Shown: piece after piece, positions 62,120-64,000 of the stretch
Numbering within the stretch: position 1 is the first letter of the stretch
How the letters are laid out: the number at the start of each line of letters is the position of its first letter
NCBI GenBank assembly: GCA_030390025.1
Contig: CM059432.1
Coordinates: 100,070,001 to 100,134,000, forward strand
DNA length: 64,000 nt
Direction of reading: 5' to 3'
From: Squalus acanthias
Taxonomy: Eukaryota
Position numbers and translations under genes: made by a program
The notes under the pieces: generated by a model
Told to the model about the DNA's origin: nothing
The model's input: the letters and a program-made list of their open reading frames with translations, nothing else
Database searches by the model: none

Positions 62120-64000
62120 TTGGTTTTTAACTTAAATACTCCAATTGAGTTAGTCATGTGGGTTTCCCAGCCAATTAACTGGAGCAGGTCTGATGACGTC
62201 ATTGGATGACTCGACTGCAGCTCAGCTATTTAAAGGGGCAGTGGACAGCTGAGAGTTGAAGGTTGTTGGAGATGGTCCAGAGGTTTTTTTCTGAGAGTTA
62301 GCTGTTGCTGTGAGATAGAACAATTAGTTTGACTGTGAAGGTTTAACCATTTCTAAGCGATAATGCAGGCTCACTGCCAATAAGCTGCGCCCAGGTTTAT
62401 TGATCCCCCCTGGAAATCCTGCTCCAGGGAGTGAGAGCCTACAAGGAGGTCCTCTTCCCTGGTGTCGGGAGGAAGAGGCCAGCAGCTGAAACAAAGAGGG
62501 CATAGCTGGAGATCGCTGATGAAGTGAGAAGCAGGACTGTTGTCAGCCGCTCCTAGATCCAGTGCAGGAAGTGATTTAATGATGTCATGAGGTCGGGAAA
62601 GGTGAGTACAATGACACGTTGCCCTACATTCTGCTGTGCGTGCCACCCCAATCCCCTCACTCTGCCTTCCCAAGCCTACTCCTGCACATCACTCCTCACA
62701 CCAACCTACCTTGCAGGTGCACCCATCCCTCACTGTCTATGCACCTACTCACATCCCCATCTGACAATCCACCACTGACACTCACCCTCATCCTAATGCA
62801 ATCATAGAATCATAGAAATTAACGCCACAGAAGGAGGCCATTTGGCAATGTCACACCACTCCCTCATAGTCACCCTCTACAGATGTAGCCCATCCATCCC
62901 CTACACTCATTCCATCACTCGCAGTCAAAGGTCTCTTGTTTCCCTCCTTGCAAGAGAAGAGAGCGCAAAACAACAGGGAGAGGCAGAGAAACGGAAGTGG
63001 AACTCCAATCACCACTGCGACGATAGCAAAATACTGCAGATGCTGGAAATCCGAAATAACAACAGAAAACGCTGGAAAAACTCAGCAGGCCAGGCAGCAT
63101 CCGTGGAGAGAGAAAGAGAGTTGACGTTTCAGGTCGATGACCTTTCATCACCACTGCATTGACGCCATCAGAGGAGGAGGCGCTTGACATAAGCAAAGTT
63201 TCAGAGCGGCTGACAGTGTGAGCTGGAGAGAGGGGGACTACCCAGCAACCTGGTGACAGAATTAAATATCATACAGCCACACGTGGCATACAACAGTCAC
63301 TCATGGTGATATGTCAGCAGCCAGTGAAATATCATCATGTGCATAATGGTAACTTACAACATTCTTATCATAAGAGTTCTAATTCATGTCTTTACTCTCC
63401 CACAGGTCCATCAAGTGCCGCCCACACCCCACCTCCCCCCCCCCCCCCCACTGTCCAACCGGAGGAGGAAGACGACACCTCAGAGGAAGCTCCAGTCTCT
63501 GTCACATGACCCATGCGCACCCAGCACCAGTGCAGATATGCACATGTCGGTGGGTCCTGTGAGACATAGAGTAGTGTTGTCACTTGGTGTGTCACACATC
63601 ACAAGTGAGCAAAAGCAGATGGTAGAGACAGGGATAGCAGTGGACAGTCCTCGTCAGAGGGCGCAGGATGCTCCAAGCTCTGCTCACCTGAATGCAGATG
63701 CTGAACCTCAGGGGCCGTCGACAAAGAGATTGATCTTGGAGGAGCAGCAACAAATGCATGAGGCTCTGGCAGCTTTTCCAGCCTCGATGAGCACAATTGT
63801 ACAGAGAATGGAAGAGTCCATCTCCAACATGAGCAGCACCATGTCGCAAGCAATGGCGACGACGTGCTCTTCCATGGAAAGGATGGCCACCTGCATGGAG
63901 CATCAAATGCGCCAGTCAAACGAGTGCATGCTTGCTGTGAACAACAGCTTGCAGAGTCTGATTGCAATCATATGTAGGAGGGATACCAACCTAGAGTTGG
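62120..64000 (+). mobile_element. Harbinger D (partial): Myb/SANT ORF pseudogene, exons about 62363-62601, 62953-63252 and from 63406
   Basis: Colinear with copies B and C. Contains stops, a mutated exon 2 acceptor and a Penelope insert. Confidence 0.85.
63019..63146 (-). mobile_element. Penelope family A terminal unit truncated within the hammerhead
   Basis: (rc) UGAUGA-A-AGGUC-AUC-GACCU-GAAA-C-GU-C-AAC. TSD ATCACCACTGC at 63008-63018 and 63147-63157. Confidence 0.85.

Noticed and set aside
1..64000. CRISPR arrays, operons or prokaryotic defence systems
   Set aside because: The sequence is vertebrate repeat DNA. There is no repeat-spacer array, and the RT ORFs are LINE- or Penelope-derived.

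Overview
Eukaryotic, repeat-dense DNA, very probably from a shark or other cartilaginous fish. I infer this from SacSINE1-like DeuSINEs, an HE1-like V-SINE and HER1-like CR1 LINEs, all recognised by eye rather than by database search. Most of the window is transposable elements, often nested: many CR1 LINEs, an L2, Penelope-like elements (PLEs), PIF/Harbinger transposons and their MITEs, two solo LTRs and SINEs. I could not name a host gene; only a few short candidate exons are visible. The most interesting signals are: (1) six PLE insertions with 11-16 bp TSDs from two families with minimal hammerhead-ribozyme motifs, where three of four inverted junctions fall at the ribozyme core; (2) a transposase-deleted Harbinger that keeps an open three-exon Myb/SANT-coiled-coil gene; (3) a CR1 insertion in which a TATA/NRF1-like cassette is joined to an uninterrupted RT ORF; (4) a four-level TE nest whose outer three levels have clear TSDs. 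There are no CRISPR arrays, rRNA genes or bona fide tRNA genes. Boundaries of degenerate elements are approximate.
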